From Rhizophagus irregularis (Eukaryota), in the NCBI RefSeq assembly GCF_026210795.1, contig NC_089430.1, positions 682,001-746,000 of the forward strand: 64,000 nucleotides of DNA. The letters run 5' to 3'. The notes under the pieces were generated by a model. It was not told the origin of the DNA. It saw only the letters and a list, made by a program, of their open reading frames with translations, and did no database searches. Made by a program: the position numbers and the translations under genes. Each line of letters begins with the position of its first letter. Within the stretch, counting starts at the first letter, position 1. Of the stretch, positions 13,901 to 27,700 are shown in pieces.

Positions 13901-15948
13901 CATACATCATATTAAGTGTAATTGGATAAACCTTCTGAAAAAATGTGCAGCTGACTCAGGATATTTTTGAAAAATCCAGATGAAAAGAGGAGGTAACATG
14001 TTCACCTCTTCCTATTTTTTTTCAAATTCCTAATAGAGCAGAAGTCTGGATTGCTATTGTATAATTTCTTAATACAAATAACTAATAGTTGTCCAGTTTC
14101 TGATTTATGAAAATCTATAATTAAATGAAAAAGATTAAAAAGAAAATTAAAGAAATCATAAAAAAGTAAGTTGATGGCCTCGTTAAAAAATGTTTAAGCA
14201 AAGAACCAAAAAGAAACCCAGTAAGAAACTATACAGACCTGCTGCATGGTGAAAGGCTCGAGTTGTAATAGACCTGAAAAATATGAAGATAAGCCATTTT
14301 TTTATATTGACAGCAAATAAATAAAATAGACCTGAGATTTTTAATTTTTGTACAAATAAATAGCGTATTGTCCTCAAATTCTGATTGGTTTAGCTTATGA
14401 AAGTTGGCGTAGACATTATAATTATATAATTATTAACCAAACGCGTCAATTAATCAATTACCATCAAAAGCTATAGGTTATCATAGTTATCCATTATCAA
14501 AATATCATGCATTTTTAGATAATCTGTTAAAAGTCAGGCTAGTCAGCTTGTCATGAATTAATTCTACTATATTATGTAATTAAAAGTATTGTAAGCGATA
14601 TATTTAGCAATATCATAACCCATGTGATGATTAACAGTCAATTTTTACACAAATTCCAAAGTAGTCGGACAATTTGTTCACATAATCTGGCTATGTTCTT
14701 TTTTTTTGAAAAAAAAGTGAACTTACAGAAAGTTATTACTACCAACTTAATTCATTTTATCTCTTTGTAAATTATAATTAGAAATTTTAGAGCTGCGACA
14801 CCACATTACTGTACAATATAATAGATGGAAATTTTTACTATATTAGCCTATTCACAAAATTAGCTACGATTCTAAACACTTATTTCTCAAACATTCATAT
14901 CATTATTTAAAAAAGTTATTGAAGAAACTTTCAAATGAAGTTTAAAAAAATCGTTAAATTATTAGATGGTAATCCTTTTGATTTTTCAATATATCTTACG
15001 AATCTTTGTATTCTTTTTGTGCAAATATCATCTTTAATATATTATTTAAAATTGAAAATAATGTTAGTCTACAATTATCGTAATAATAATCTTTGCGTAT
15101 GATTAATTTAGATTATTTTAATAGTTTATTTTTCTACGATTATTCATTTAATAAACAAATATCACATGATTGACTATCAACATGTTTGAAATTTAACGAT
15201 TGGCTACAAATAAAATGAAGAGAGGTGTGATCAACATCTAAAAAACTTTAACTGATTAGAAACTGTTTAACCAAGGACCTTAATTAATTAATCGATTAAT
15301 ATTAAAAAATATTATAAATTCTTTTTTGGCTGCAGATTGTACCTATTTATTTTTACTCATATAATTAGTTGTATAAAGCCATATTTAATTAATTTTATTA
15401 TTAAAACATTAATAAAAAATCCGTTTGTTAAAATTTGAGTTTTGGAGAATATGTGACCGAAATTTCATCATTTCTGGTTGCATTATTAATTTTAATAAAT
15501 TGACCGATTTTTGAGATGCCCTAACTGGCTAACCATCTTAATCATCTATTAATGTTAATCAGTTCAAACCTCTAAAATAAAAAGCCAATACTTACTATCA
15601 TAAAGAATATTATCGAAGAATAATATTTTATTTCGCAATAATCCACAACTTATTTAGAACCATCCTTACATAATGTACATACAAAGATACTTTATTAAGC
15701 CACATTTATTACATGAACTTCTAGTGGGTGTATTCTACTGTAATAAAGACGTCATAGAAAAGTAATTTTACATCAAACTTAATTATTACTTATTAATACA
15801 ATTGGAATATTAATAGTTAGTTTATTTATTACTTCTTTTTTTGATAATTTTTTCAAATATGAATAATAAATAATAATAAAACAAGAATAAAATTTATATC
15901 TGATGTTATTTTTATATACTAAATATTTACATAAAAGTAAAATAAGTT

Positions 15949-17581
15949 TTAATTTCCTCCATCTATAACAAAAAAATAGTTTAATTAAATTTAATAGATA
16001 AAAAAATCACATGCAAAGAAATTACCTTTAGAATTAATATCAAGTTTAGTAAAATCCATTTTTAAGGAATCTGTAAAATAAAGGAATAATTATTACTCTA
16101 AATAGAATTAAATAATTATTTTAATTAAAGTTACCTGAATATTCTAAATCAGTATTGTCTGCATTTTTGGGTTCTGGAAGATTTTTAAAATCCAAAAGAC
16201 TACTTGTATAAACTGCTTGAGGGTGTGTTGTATATAAGAGATTACTAGTAGATGATAATGGTGGTTGATCCATTGAAGATGACAAGTTTTTATTAATATC
16301 ATCTGTTTCTTTAACTTGCCTATAAATTACAGAATCCACTTTACTACTATTAATAGCAGCCCATAAACCATAAAATAACCTAGATAATTCATATGCATTA
16401 GGTCGTTTTAAAGGGTCTGCATTCCAACATTGATTAATAGTATCAAAAATTAATTGAGGAATTTTATAATTGGACTTTGGCCTCAACCCCTTGCAAATTT
16501 TCATTGCTAAAAATTCATCATGAGCTATATCATAATAAGGTGGGAAACCTGTACAAATTTCATATGCAATAATTCCATATCCATAAATATCACTTGCTTG
16601 TGTATATTCTTTTCCTCTTAAAACTTCTGGTGCTACATAAGGTAATACTCCATATATTTTTTTATTACTATTTTGAGAGAATCCGACATTTGCTGGTTGA
16701 CATAGTCCCAAATCAGTAATATAAGCTTGGCCAATAAAGTTACTTAATATATTCCCACAATGAAAATCATGATGAATTAAACCTTCATGATGAATATCTT
16801 TAAGACCATTTGCAACACTTTGTAAAATCATCAATTTTTGGCTCCAATTCAGTGAAATGAAATAGTTATTCAAATGTTGTCTTAAACTACCATCTTTTAA
16901 TTGCATCACCATCATAAAATTATTTGTTTTTGGATCTTTTGTAATACCAAAACAACAAACTGTCCAACCAGAATGATATACTAAAATATTTGATTCAACC
17001 TTAAAATAAAATTATACTAGTTAGTTTAACATTTATAAAGGATAATGAAGATTCATAAGAAAATATCTTACTTCTTTTAAAAAATCTGCTGTAATACCTT
17101 GTGAATTATATAAACATTTTAAAGCAACTTTTGTCTCACCATTTCTTTTCCACTGATTATTATCATAATTCCATCTCAAAATATTTCCATCTTTCCAAAC
17201 TGCTTTAAAAGTAGTTCCAAATCCTCCTTTTGCTAAATATTCAACATCTTCAAATTTATCATATTCAATCCACTCTATGATATGCCTTGGATCTTTAGCT
17301 TTCAATTGTGCTTTTTTAATAAATTCATCAACGTCATGATTTCCACTTGTCCAATTTTTGAAATTTTGTTTAAAATGCTGTAAAATACATGGCCAACAAA
17401 CACAATAACCAGTATTAGGCTGCTTACATTCTTTACATAAACCAAATACTTTATAAAGTTCTTTTAATTCTTTGTCTGTTATTAGTTTATCGATTAACGA
17501 TTCTTGTTCTTCGGTCAAATTATGATTGTCAAAATCTTTTATTTGTTCAAATACATCATCACTTAGTTTAATTTCAGCCAT
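15949..17581 (-). CDS. TKL-like Ser/Thr/Tyr protein kinase, 4 exons (17581-17072, 16999-16135, 16070-16025, 15962-15949)
   Basis: Motifs CKEC..CWPC, WTSGN, WIEY, AKGGFG, VALK, HHDFHCGN, DLG, YVAPE, SDIYGYG and CW. Canonical GT-AG introns join in frame. Confidence 0.9.
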
Positions 17582-18704
17582 TTTAATAAATAATTTATTA
17601 AACAAAAAAAAAGAAAGGAAAGAAAAAAGAAATAGTGGTTAAACGTTGCAATGATGTCGAGATCGGCAACAAATTATCAAAAAGACTATTAAAATACTAA
17701 AATACACAGAAACTCTAATCTTGATCGGCAATTAATTTATTCAATTTTGGCAATTGTGGCTTTTTATATAAATTCCCATAATAGGCAACGTGAGTTTAAG
17801 TTAAACTTTTACGAATGTTGAATATTACTAACCAAAATAGAATTTGAAAATTTGAGAAAGAATTCGTTAGTTTCTGTGGAATTGATATCGTATTAACAAA
17901 ATCCGAAAATAATTTATGGAGAATTGCGAATAATAATATATCTTTATAATATATATATAGTATATATATATTAAAACAAAATTATTTTGAAATATTTACA
18001 AAATCTTGTTTTTGACTTCAAATTTTCACTAAATTTTCATTTGAAAATAATTAATAAATAAATAAAATCACATCTTTAATAAAAATGTGAAATTTTAATA
18101 TTTAATAAATTCATAAATTATTGATAGACCTTTATTTAGAATATATCATATAATTTGAGCTTCAGGTTTGTAATAATAAATTGCATTTTATTAGTACTTA
18201 TCCCAGTTTTTTATTGGCTAAATTCCAGATCACATGATATAGAATCAGCTCAGAAAATTGAAACAAAATCATGTGATTGTCGAGTATCAGCACCATATGT
18301 AGATTATGAAATTACATAATATAATTTTAAAAATTATGGTAATGATGTAAAAGTTTATTCTACATGATCACCACTTTAGATGTAACAGATGTAACTGATC
18401 ATTTCCAAGTTGGTTTTAACAAAAAAAGTGCGAATTAAGAAAATGTTTTTTTCATGATTTTTGCTGTGTAACAATGAGGCTTGATGATTCATGATTGACA
18501 CACATTTCAGATATATGTGCAAAATTTGTTGTTGTACATAATGCTTGTACTTATGATCAACACTTTTGCGCATAATGCATTTTGCATAAATATTATTACC
18601 ATATATATATACTTATAAAGGTGTTTAATAATAAAAAAAAAGAAAAAAAGAATATTTACATTATCTTTTCCAGTCAGAAAGAATTTTAATATAATTGTAT
18701 AGTA

Positions 18705-21700
18705 ATGGATGATAAAGGTAATAATCAATATATAATATAAACATTTAATACAATTAGAATTCTAATATTTTTAAACAAATTTACAATATAATAAAACTAG
18801 TTTCTAGTAATATTGAATTTGAAGGAAGCAGTACTAAAGAATTTGAAGGAAATAGCTCTAAGGAATTCAAAGAAAGTGGCTTTGAAGAATTTGCAAAAAG
18901 CAGTACCAAGGAATCTAAAGGTATATTAAGCATGTAAAAATATTAAGTTTTTATATTTAAATACTATCTATAATAATTATATCTTATATAATATACAAAT
19001 ATAGCTCGTAAGTTAATATAGGTTATCTTATAACTGAATAATAATGGAATTACTTATCATTTTTATCACATTTCATGTAATTAAATAATTCATTTAATGG
19101 TTTAGTTGGTAAGTTATTAGTTATTTAAGTTATTAATTCTTTATTTTGTTATTTTGCATAATATTCAAATAACTAAATTGAGTAAATTCTTTATTTAATT
19201 AACTATTTAATAATTAATTGTGTTACAGAAGGTAAGTTACAATATCATATTTATTTGTTTAATATTTATATAACTTAACTAATTATATTCTTAATTTAAA
19301 TAACTAGATTGTAAGTGATATATTTATTTACAGTAATTACTTTTATATTATATTTATATTTAACTAATACAGTAATTAATTAATAATACTAGGGTGTAAG
19401 TTATAGAATACTTACATTTCTATTATTTAAATTAACTAAATTAACTAAATTCTTTATTTAAAAAATTATTTTGTAATTTCTTTAGTTGGTAAGTTATAAG
19501 TTATTTATTCATAATAATTACATATAATTTAAACTAACTAAATTTTTTATTTAAACAGATCGTAAGTTATAATTTATTTATTTAATTCTATTATTACTTA
19601 TTGTTATAATATTTTACATATAATTTAAACTAACTAAATTCTTTATTTAATAAATTATTTAATAATATAGATAGTAAGTTATTTAATTCTTGTTATAATA
19701 TTTAAATGTAATTTAAATTAACTAAATTCTTTAATTAAAAAATTATTTTCTAATTTCTTTTAGTTGGTAAGTTATAAGTTATTTATTTAATTCTATCATA
19801 ACTCATTGTTGTGATATGTACATATAATTTAAACTCACTAAATTCATTATTTAAAAAATTATTTAATAATATAGGGAGTAAGTTATTTATTTAATTCTAT
19901 TATTACTAAGGATGCTCATTGGTCCTAAAAGATCATGGTCTTACAGTCTTACACCTTGAAAAGACAAACCAGTCCATCTTGGTGTAGGACTGTGGTCTTT
20001 CAGCCCTATATCACATACAATAAGACCATCAGTATTTTTAAGAACCACAGTCTTTTTAAGACTGATCAGTTTTTTTTGCTTTTTTTTTTTGCAAACAAAA
20101 AAATTTTTTGAGCTTTAAATTTAATATAAAATCATTTATTATGAGAAGACCAGTATGAGGACTGGTCAGTCCTCAGGACCAGTCCTACTGCACACAAAAA
20201 AATGCAAAACCGTGGTCTGGTCCTACAAGTCCTGGGACTGACCAGTCTAGGGTTGAGTAGGACCAGTAGGACCAATGATCATCCTTATTAGTTATTACTT
20301 ATTGTTATAATATTTGCACATAATTTAAACTAACTAATTTCTTTATTTAAAAAATTATTTAATAATATAGAGAGTAAGTTTTTTATTTAATTCTATTATT
20401 AACAATTGTTATAGTATTTACATATAATTTAAACTGACTAAATTCTTTATTTAAAAAATTATTTAATAATACAGGGAGTAAGTTATTTATTTAATTCTAT
20501 TATTACTTATCATTATAATATTTGCATAAAATTTAAACTAACTAAATTCTTTATTTAAAAAATTATTTAATAATATAGAGAGTAAGTTATTTATTTAATT
20601 CTATTATTACTTATTGTTATAATATTTACATATAATTTAAACTAACTTATTTCTTTATTTAAAAAATTATTTAATAATATAGGGCGTAAGTTATTTATTT
20701 AATTCTATTATTATTGTTATAATATTTACATATAATTTAAACTAACTAATTTCTTTATTTAAAAAATTATTAAATAATATAGAGCGTAAGTTATTTATTT
20801 AATTCTATTATTACTTATTGTTATAATATTTATATATAATTTAAACTAACTAAATTCTTTATTTAAAAAATTATTTAATAATATAGAGAGTAGTAAGTTA
20901 TTTATTAAATTCTATTAATATATTATTTTAATTTAACTATTACATATAATTTAATTAGACTAACTATAATATTTACATATAATTTAAACTAACTAATTCT
21001 TTATTTAAAAAATTGTTTAATAATATAGAGAGTAGTAAGTTATTCATTAAATTCTATTATTATATTATTTTAATTTAAATATTACATATAATTAGACTAA
21101 CTATAATATTTACATATAATTAAACTAACTAAATTCTTTATTTAAATAGATTGTAAGTTATAAGTTATTTCTTTAATACTATTATTCCTTATTGTCATAA
21201 TATCCACATAGAAATTTAAACTAACTAAATTCCTTATTTAAAAAATTATTTTGTAATTTCTTTTAGTTGGTAAGTTATAAGTTATTTATATAATTTGATT
21301 ATAACTCATTGTTATAATATTTACATATAATTTAAACTATCTAAATTCTTTATCTAAAAATATTATTTTATAATATAGGAAGTAAGTTATTTATTTAATT
21401 CCATTATTACTTATTATTACAATATTTCATATAATTTAAACTAATTAAATTCTTATATGATTTTGCTATTGCTTATTGTTATGATATTTACATATATTTA
21501 AACTAACTAAATTCTTTATCTAAAAATTTATTTAATAATATAGGGAGTAAGTTATTTATTTAATTCTATTATTACTTATTGTTATAATATTTTATATAAT
21601 TCAAACTAACTAAATTCTTTATTTAAATAGATTGTAAGTTATAAGTTATTTATTTAATTCTATTATTACTTATTGTTATAATATTTGCACATAATTTAAA

Positions 21701-24700
21701 CTAACAAAAATTCGTTATTCAAAAAATTATTTTGTAATTTCTTTTAGTTGGTAAGTTATAAGCTATTTATTTAATTTTATTATTACTTTTTGTTATAATA
21801 TTTATATGTAATTTAAACTAACTAAATTCTTTATTTAAAAAATTATAGAAAGTAAGTTATTTACTTAATTCTATTATTAACTATTGTTATAATATTTAAC
21901 TAAATTTTTTATTTAAAAAATCATTTAACAATATATTTACTTGTACTATTATTACTTATTGTTATAATATTACATATAATTTAAACTATCTAAATTCTTT
22001 ATTTAAATAGATCGTAAGTTATAAATTTTCATTTAATCCTATTACTATTACTTATTGTTACAATATTTACATATTAAAAAAATATTTTGTAATTTGTTTT
22101 AGTTGGTAAGTTATAAATTATTTACTTAATTCTATTTTATAATGTTTACAAATAATTTAAACTAAATAAATTCTTTATTTAAATAGATCGTAAGTTATAT
22201 TTAATTCTTGTAATATTTTACATATTATTTAAACTAACTAAATTCTATTTAAAAATTATTTAATAATATAGAGAGTAAGTTTTTATTTAATTCTGTTATT
22301 ACTTATTGTTACAATATTTATATATAATTTAAACTAATTAAATTCTTTATTTAAAAAATTATTTTGTAATTTCTTTTAGTTAGTAAGTTATAAGTTATTT
22401 ATATAATTCTATTATTACTTATTGTTATAATATTTACAAATAATTTAAACTAACTAAATTCTTTATTTAAAAAATTATTTTGTAATTTCTTTTAGTTAGT
22501 AAGTTATAAGTTATTTATTTAATTCTATTATTATTTATTGTTATAATATTTACATATAATTTAAACTTACTAAATTCTATTATTTAATAGATCGTAAGTT
22601 AAAGTTATTTATTTTAATTCTATTAATACTTATTGTTATAATATTTACATATATCTAAACTAACTATAATATTTACTATGTATAATTTAAATTAATTATA
22701 ATATTTACATATAATTTAAACTAACTAAATTCTTTATTTAAATAGATTGTATGTTATAAGTTATTTATTTAATTCTATTATTACTTATTGTTATAATATT
22801 TAATATGATTTAAAACTAACTAAATTCTTTATTTAAAAAATTATTTTATAATTTCTTTTAGTTGGTAAGTTATAAGTTATTTGTATAATTTTATTATTAC
22901 TTATTGTTATAATAATTACATACTATTTAAACTAACTAAATCTTTATTTAAAAAATTATTTAATAATATAGGGAGTAAGTTATTTATATAATTCTATTAT
23001 TACTTATTATTATAATATTTACATATAATTTAAACTAACTAAATTTTTTATTTAAATAGATCGTAAGCTATAAGTTATCATTATATAATTCTATTATTAC
23101 TTATTTGTTATATAATTTAAACTAACTAAATTTTTTATTTAAAAAATTATTTTGTAATTTCTTTTAGTTGGTAAGTTATAAGTTATTTATTTAATTCTAT
23201 TATTACTTATTGTCATAATATTTACATATAATTTAAACTAATTATATTCTTTATTTAAATAGATCGTAAGTTATAAGTCATTTATTTAAATCTATTATTA
23301 CTTATTGTTACATTATTTACACATAATTTTAAAAAATTATTTTGTAATTTCTTTAGTTGGTAAGTTATTAGTTATTTATTTAATTCAATTATTACTTATT
23401 GCTATGATATTTATACTATATAATTTAAACTAACTAAATTCTTTATTTAATAATATAGAGAGTAAGTTATTTATTTAATTCTATTATTATTTATTGTTAA
23501 TATTTACATGTAATTCAAACTAACTAAATTCTTTATTTAAAAAAATTATTTAATAATATAGGGAGTAAGTTATTTATTTAATTCTATTGTTACTTATTGC
23601 TATAGTATTTACATATAATTTAAACTAAATAAATTCTTTATTTTTATTTAAAAAATTATTTTGTAATTTCTTTTAGTTGGTAAGTTATAAGTTATTTATA
23701 TAATTCTATTATTACTTATCATTATAATATTTACATATAATTTAAACTAACCAAATTCTTTATTTAAAAAATTATTCATTTAGTTGGTAATTTATAAGTT
23801 ATTTATTTAATTCTATTATTTACTTATTGTTATAATATTTACGAATAATTTAAACTATAATATTTATACATAATTTTAACTAATTTTAATATTTTATATA
23901 TGATTTAAACTAACTAAATTCTTTAATTAAATAGATCGTAAGTTAAAGTTATTTATTTTAATTCTATTAATACTTATTGTTATAATATTTATATATAATT
24001 TTAAACTAACTAAATGCTTTATTTAAAAAATTATTTAATGATATAGGGGGTAAGTTATTTATTTAATTCTATTGTTGTTATAATATTTACATATAATTTA
24101 AACTAACTAAATTCTTTATTTAAATAGATCGTAAGTTATAAGTTATTATATAATTCTATTATCACTTATTGTTATAATGTTTACATATAATTTAAATTAA
24201 CTAATCCTTTATTTAAAAATATTTAATTATATAGAGAGTAAGTTATTTATTTTATTATATTATTATTTATTGTTATAATACTTAAACTAACTATAACAGA
24301 TAATATTTACATATAATTTAAACTAACTATAATATTTATACATAATTTTAACTAATTTTAATATTTTATATATAATTTAAACTAACTAAATTCTTTAATT
24401 AAATAGATCGTAAGTTAAAGTTATTTATTTTAATTCTATTAATACTTATTGTTATAATATTTACATGTAATTTAAACTAACTAAATTCTTTATTTAAATA
24501 GATCGTAAGTTCTAAGTTATTATTTAATTCTATTATTACTAATTGTTATAATGTTATCATATAATTTAAACTAACTAAATTCTTTATTATATTTAATAAT
24601 ATAGGAAGTATGTTATTTATTTAATTCTATTGTTACTTATCATTATAATATTTATATATCATTTAAACTAACTAAATTCTTTATTTAAAAAAATTATTTT

Positions 24701-27700
24701 GTAATTTCTTTTAGCGGGTAAGTTATAAGTTATTCATTTAATTCTGTTATTATTTATTATTATAATATTTACATGTAATTTAAACTAATTTAATTCTTTA
24801 TTTAAATAGATGGTAAGTTATAAGTTATTATATAATTCTATTACCGTATTTTGCGGTAAGTAAGCACCCCGAAAATAAGCACCCCGGCCAGAATTATGGC
24901 GATTTTGGCCAAAATTATGAGGATCTTGGACGGCATTAAGTGCAAAAGGGGATGCTTATATACCACAAAATATGGTATTACTTATTGCTATAATGGTTAC
25001 ATATAATTTAAATTGACTAAATTCTTTATTTAAAAACTTATTTCATAGCTAGTAAGTTATTTATTTATAATTCTATTATTACTTATTGTTATTATATTTA
25101 CATATAATTTAAACTAACTAAATGCTTTATTTAAAAAATTATTAAATAATATAGGGAGTAAGTTATTTATTTAATTCTATTATTACTTATTGTTATAATA
25201 TTTACATATGATTTAAACTAACTAAATTCTTTAATTAAATAGATCGTAAGTTAAAGTTATTTATTTTAATTCTATTAGTACTTATTGTTATAATATTTAT
25301 ATATAATTTTAAACTAAATTATTTAAAAAATTATTTAATGATATAGGGGGTAAGTTATTTATTTAATTCTATTGTTGTTATAATATTTACATATAATTTA
25401 AACTAACTAAATTCTTTATTTGAATAGATCGTAAGTTATAAGTTATTATATAATTCTATTATCACTTATTGTTATAATGTTTACATATAATTTAAATTAA
25501 CTAATCCTTTATTTAAAAATATTTAATTATATAGAGAGTAAGTTATTTATTTTATTATATTATTATTTATTGTTATAATACTTAAACTAACTATAACAGA
25601 TAATATTTACATATAATTTAAACTAACTAAATTCTTTATTTAAATAGATCGTAAGTTATAAGTTATTATATAATTCTATTATCACTTATTGTTATAATGT
25701 TTACATATAATTTAAACTAACTAAATCCTTTATTTAAAAATATTTAATTATATAGGGAGTAAGTTATTTATTTTATTATATTATTATTTATTGTTATAAT
25801 ATTTAAACTAACTATAACAGATAATATTTACATATAATTTAAACTAACAATAATATTTGTACATAATTTTAACTAATTTTTAATATTTATATATAATTTA
25901 AACTAACTAAATTCTTTAATTAAATAGATGGTAAGTTATGTTATTTATTTAATTCTATTATTACTTATTGTTATAGCATTTACATATAATTTAAACTAAC
26001 TAAAATTCTTTATTTAAATAGATTGTAAGTTATAAGTTATTTATTTAATTCTTGTTGTAATATTTATATATATTTTGACTGACTAAATTCTTTATTTAAA
26101 TAGATTGTAAGTTATAAGTTATTTATTTAATTCTATTATTACTTATTGTTGCAATATTTATATATAATTTTGACCGACTAAATTCTTTATTTAAATAGAT
26201 TGTAAGTTATAAGTTATTTATTTAATTCTATTATTACTTATTTTTATAATACAGTGACACCTTTCTAAGTGCACTCCCTTTGGTATTATAATAAAAAATA
26301 GTAGAATGTGCAGTGTGCATTTATAGAAAGTAAAATATTAAGAGCTCTAATAAGTTGGTACCAGTCCCACTGCACTTAAAGAGAATTTGTATAGTACATG
26401 CACTTATAGAGGGTGCACTTATAGAGGTGTCACTGTATTTACATATAATTTAAACTAACTAAATTTTTTATTTAAATAGATTGTAAGTTCTAAGTTATTT
26501 ATTTAATTCTAATATTACTTATTGTTATAATATTTACATATTGATATAATTTGGGCTAACTAAATTTTTTATTTATAAAAATTATTTAATAATATAGCTT
26601 GTAAGTTATTTGTTGTTTTTATTATTATATATTTATAAATATTTATTTGTTAATTGAATTCTATTCATATAAAATTTCTGTTACTTTAGTTGGTAAGTTG
26701 TGAAATATAGGCTATTATCATATATATTTATATGCAAAACTAAACATATATTATAATTAATTTCTATTTAAATTTTAGAGTAAGTAGTGTTGATTTTAAT
26801 CTTAAATTTAGTGTAATTTTTAATATAACTTTAATAATTATTTTAATTGTTTAATATATATATATAGATATGGAAAAAGTGGAAATACAATTATAGATAA
26901 TTTTATTTTAGAAAAAAAGTTAAAATGGATTCCCTACGATGAATTTAAAGATGTTAAATATCTTGATAAAGGAGGATTTGGTACTATATACAAAGCTATT
27001 TGGTATTATAATCATAAAGAAGTAATTCTTAAGTGTCATAATAATTTAAATGAAAATTTAAATGAATTTTTAAATGAAGTATGATAATATATTATTTATT
27101 TTTTAATTTGAATTATAATTTATTTATACTAATATATTATCACTTTTTTATAGTGGGAATATCATGAAAGTTGTTTAAATTCACATGATATTATTTATTT
27201 TTATGGGTTTACAAAAGATCCAGATACTTTAAAATATATGGTAGTAATGGATTATGCAAATAAAGGTAATTTAAGAAGAAACTTAACAAGAATAATCAAA
27301 AGTGGTTGGTATCAAAAATTATATATGTTATTTGGAATTATTTCTGGACTTAATGATATACATGAACAAAATCTTATCCATTGTGACTTTCATGATGGCA
27401 ATATTTTAAGACATAGTGAAAAAAAAATTTATATTAGTGATTTAGGATTATGTAAACCTGTAAAATCATTTTTGAAAGAATATAAGATTTATGGTGTTAT
27501 ACCATTTATGGCACCAGAAGTTTTAAGAGGCAAACCTTATACTCCAGCTAGTGATATATATAGTCTTTCTATGATTATGTGGGAATTTACATCTGGGACA
27601 CCTCCATTTAATAATAGAGCACATGATTTACAACTTAGTTTAAGTATTTGTGAAGGTGAACGTCCTGAAATTATTGAAGATACTCCACAATGTTATGTAG

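Larger units (their letters stand above)
18921..26867 (+). repeat. Tandem intron array (~67 units, mostly ~75-180 bp) separated by 3-nt spacers
   Basis: Recurrent ..TAG|NNN|GTAAGT with a conserved AAACTAACTAAA branch-point motif and three acceptor subtypes. Confidence 0.95.

Noticed and set aside
19005..26692. Recursive-splicing (zero-length AG|GT) sites
   Set aside because: AG and GT are consistently separated by 3 (or 6, or 1) nt rather than abutting. Stepwise splicing may still be how such exons are included.
18921..26867. CRISPR-like repeat/spacer array or inert AT-rich satellite
   Set aside because: The context is eukaryotic, there are no cas genes and the variable parts are only 3 nt. 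The constant part is an ordered donor-branch-acceptor set in phase with flanking exons.
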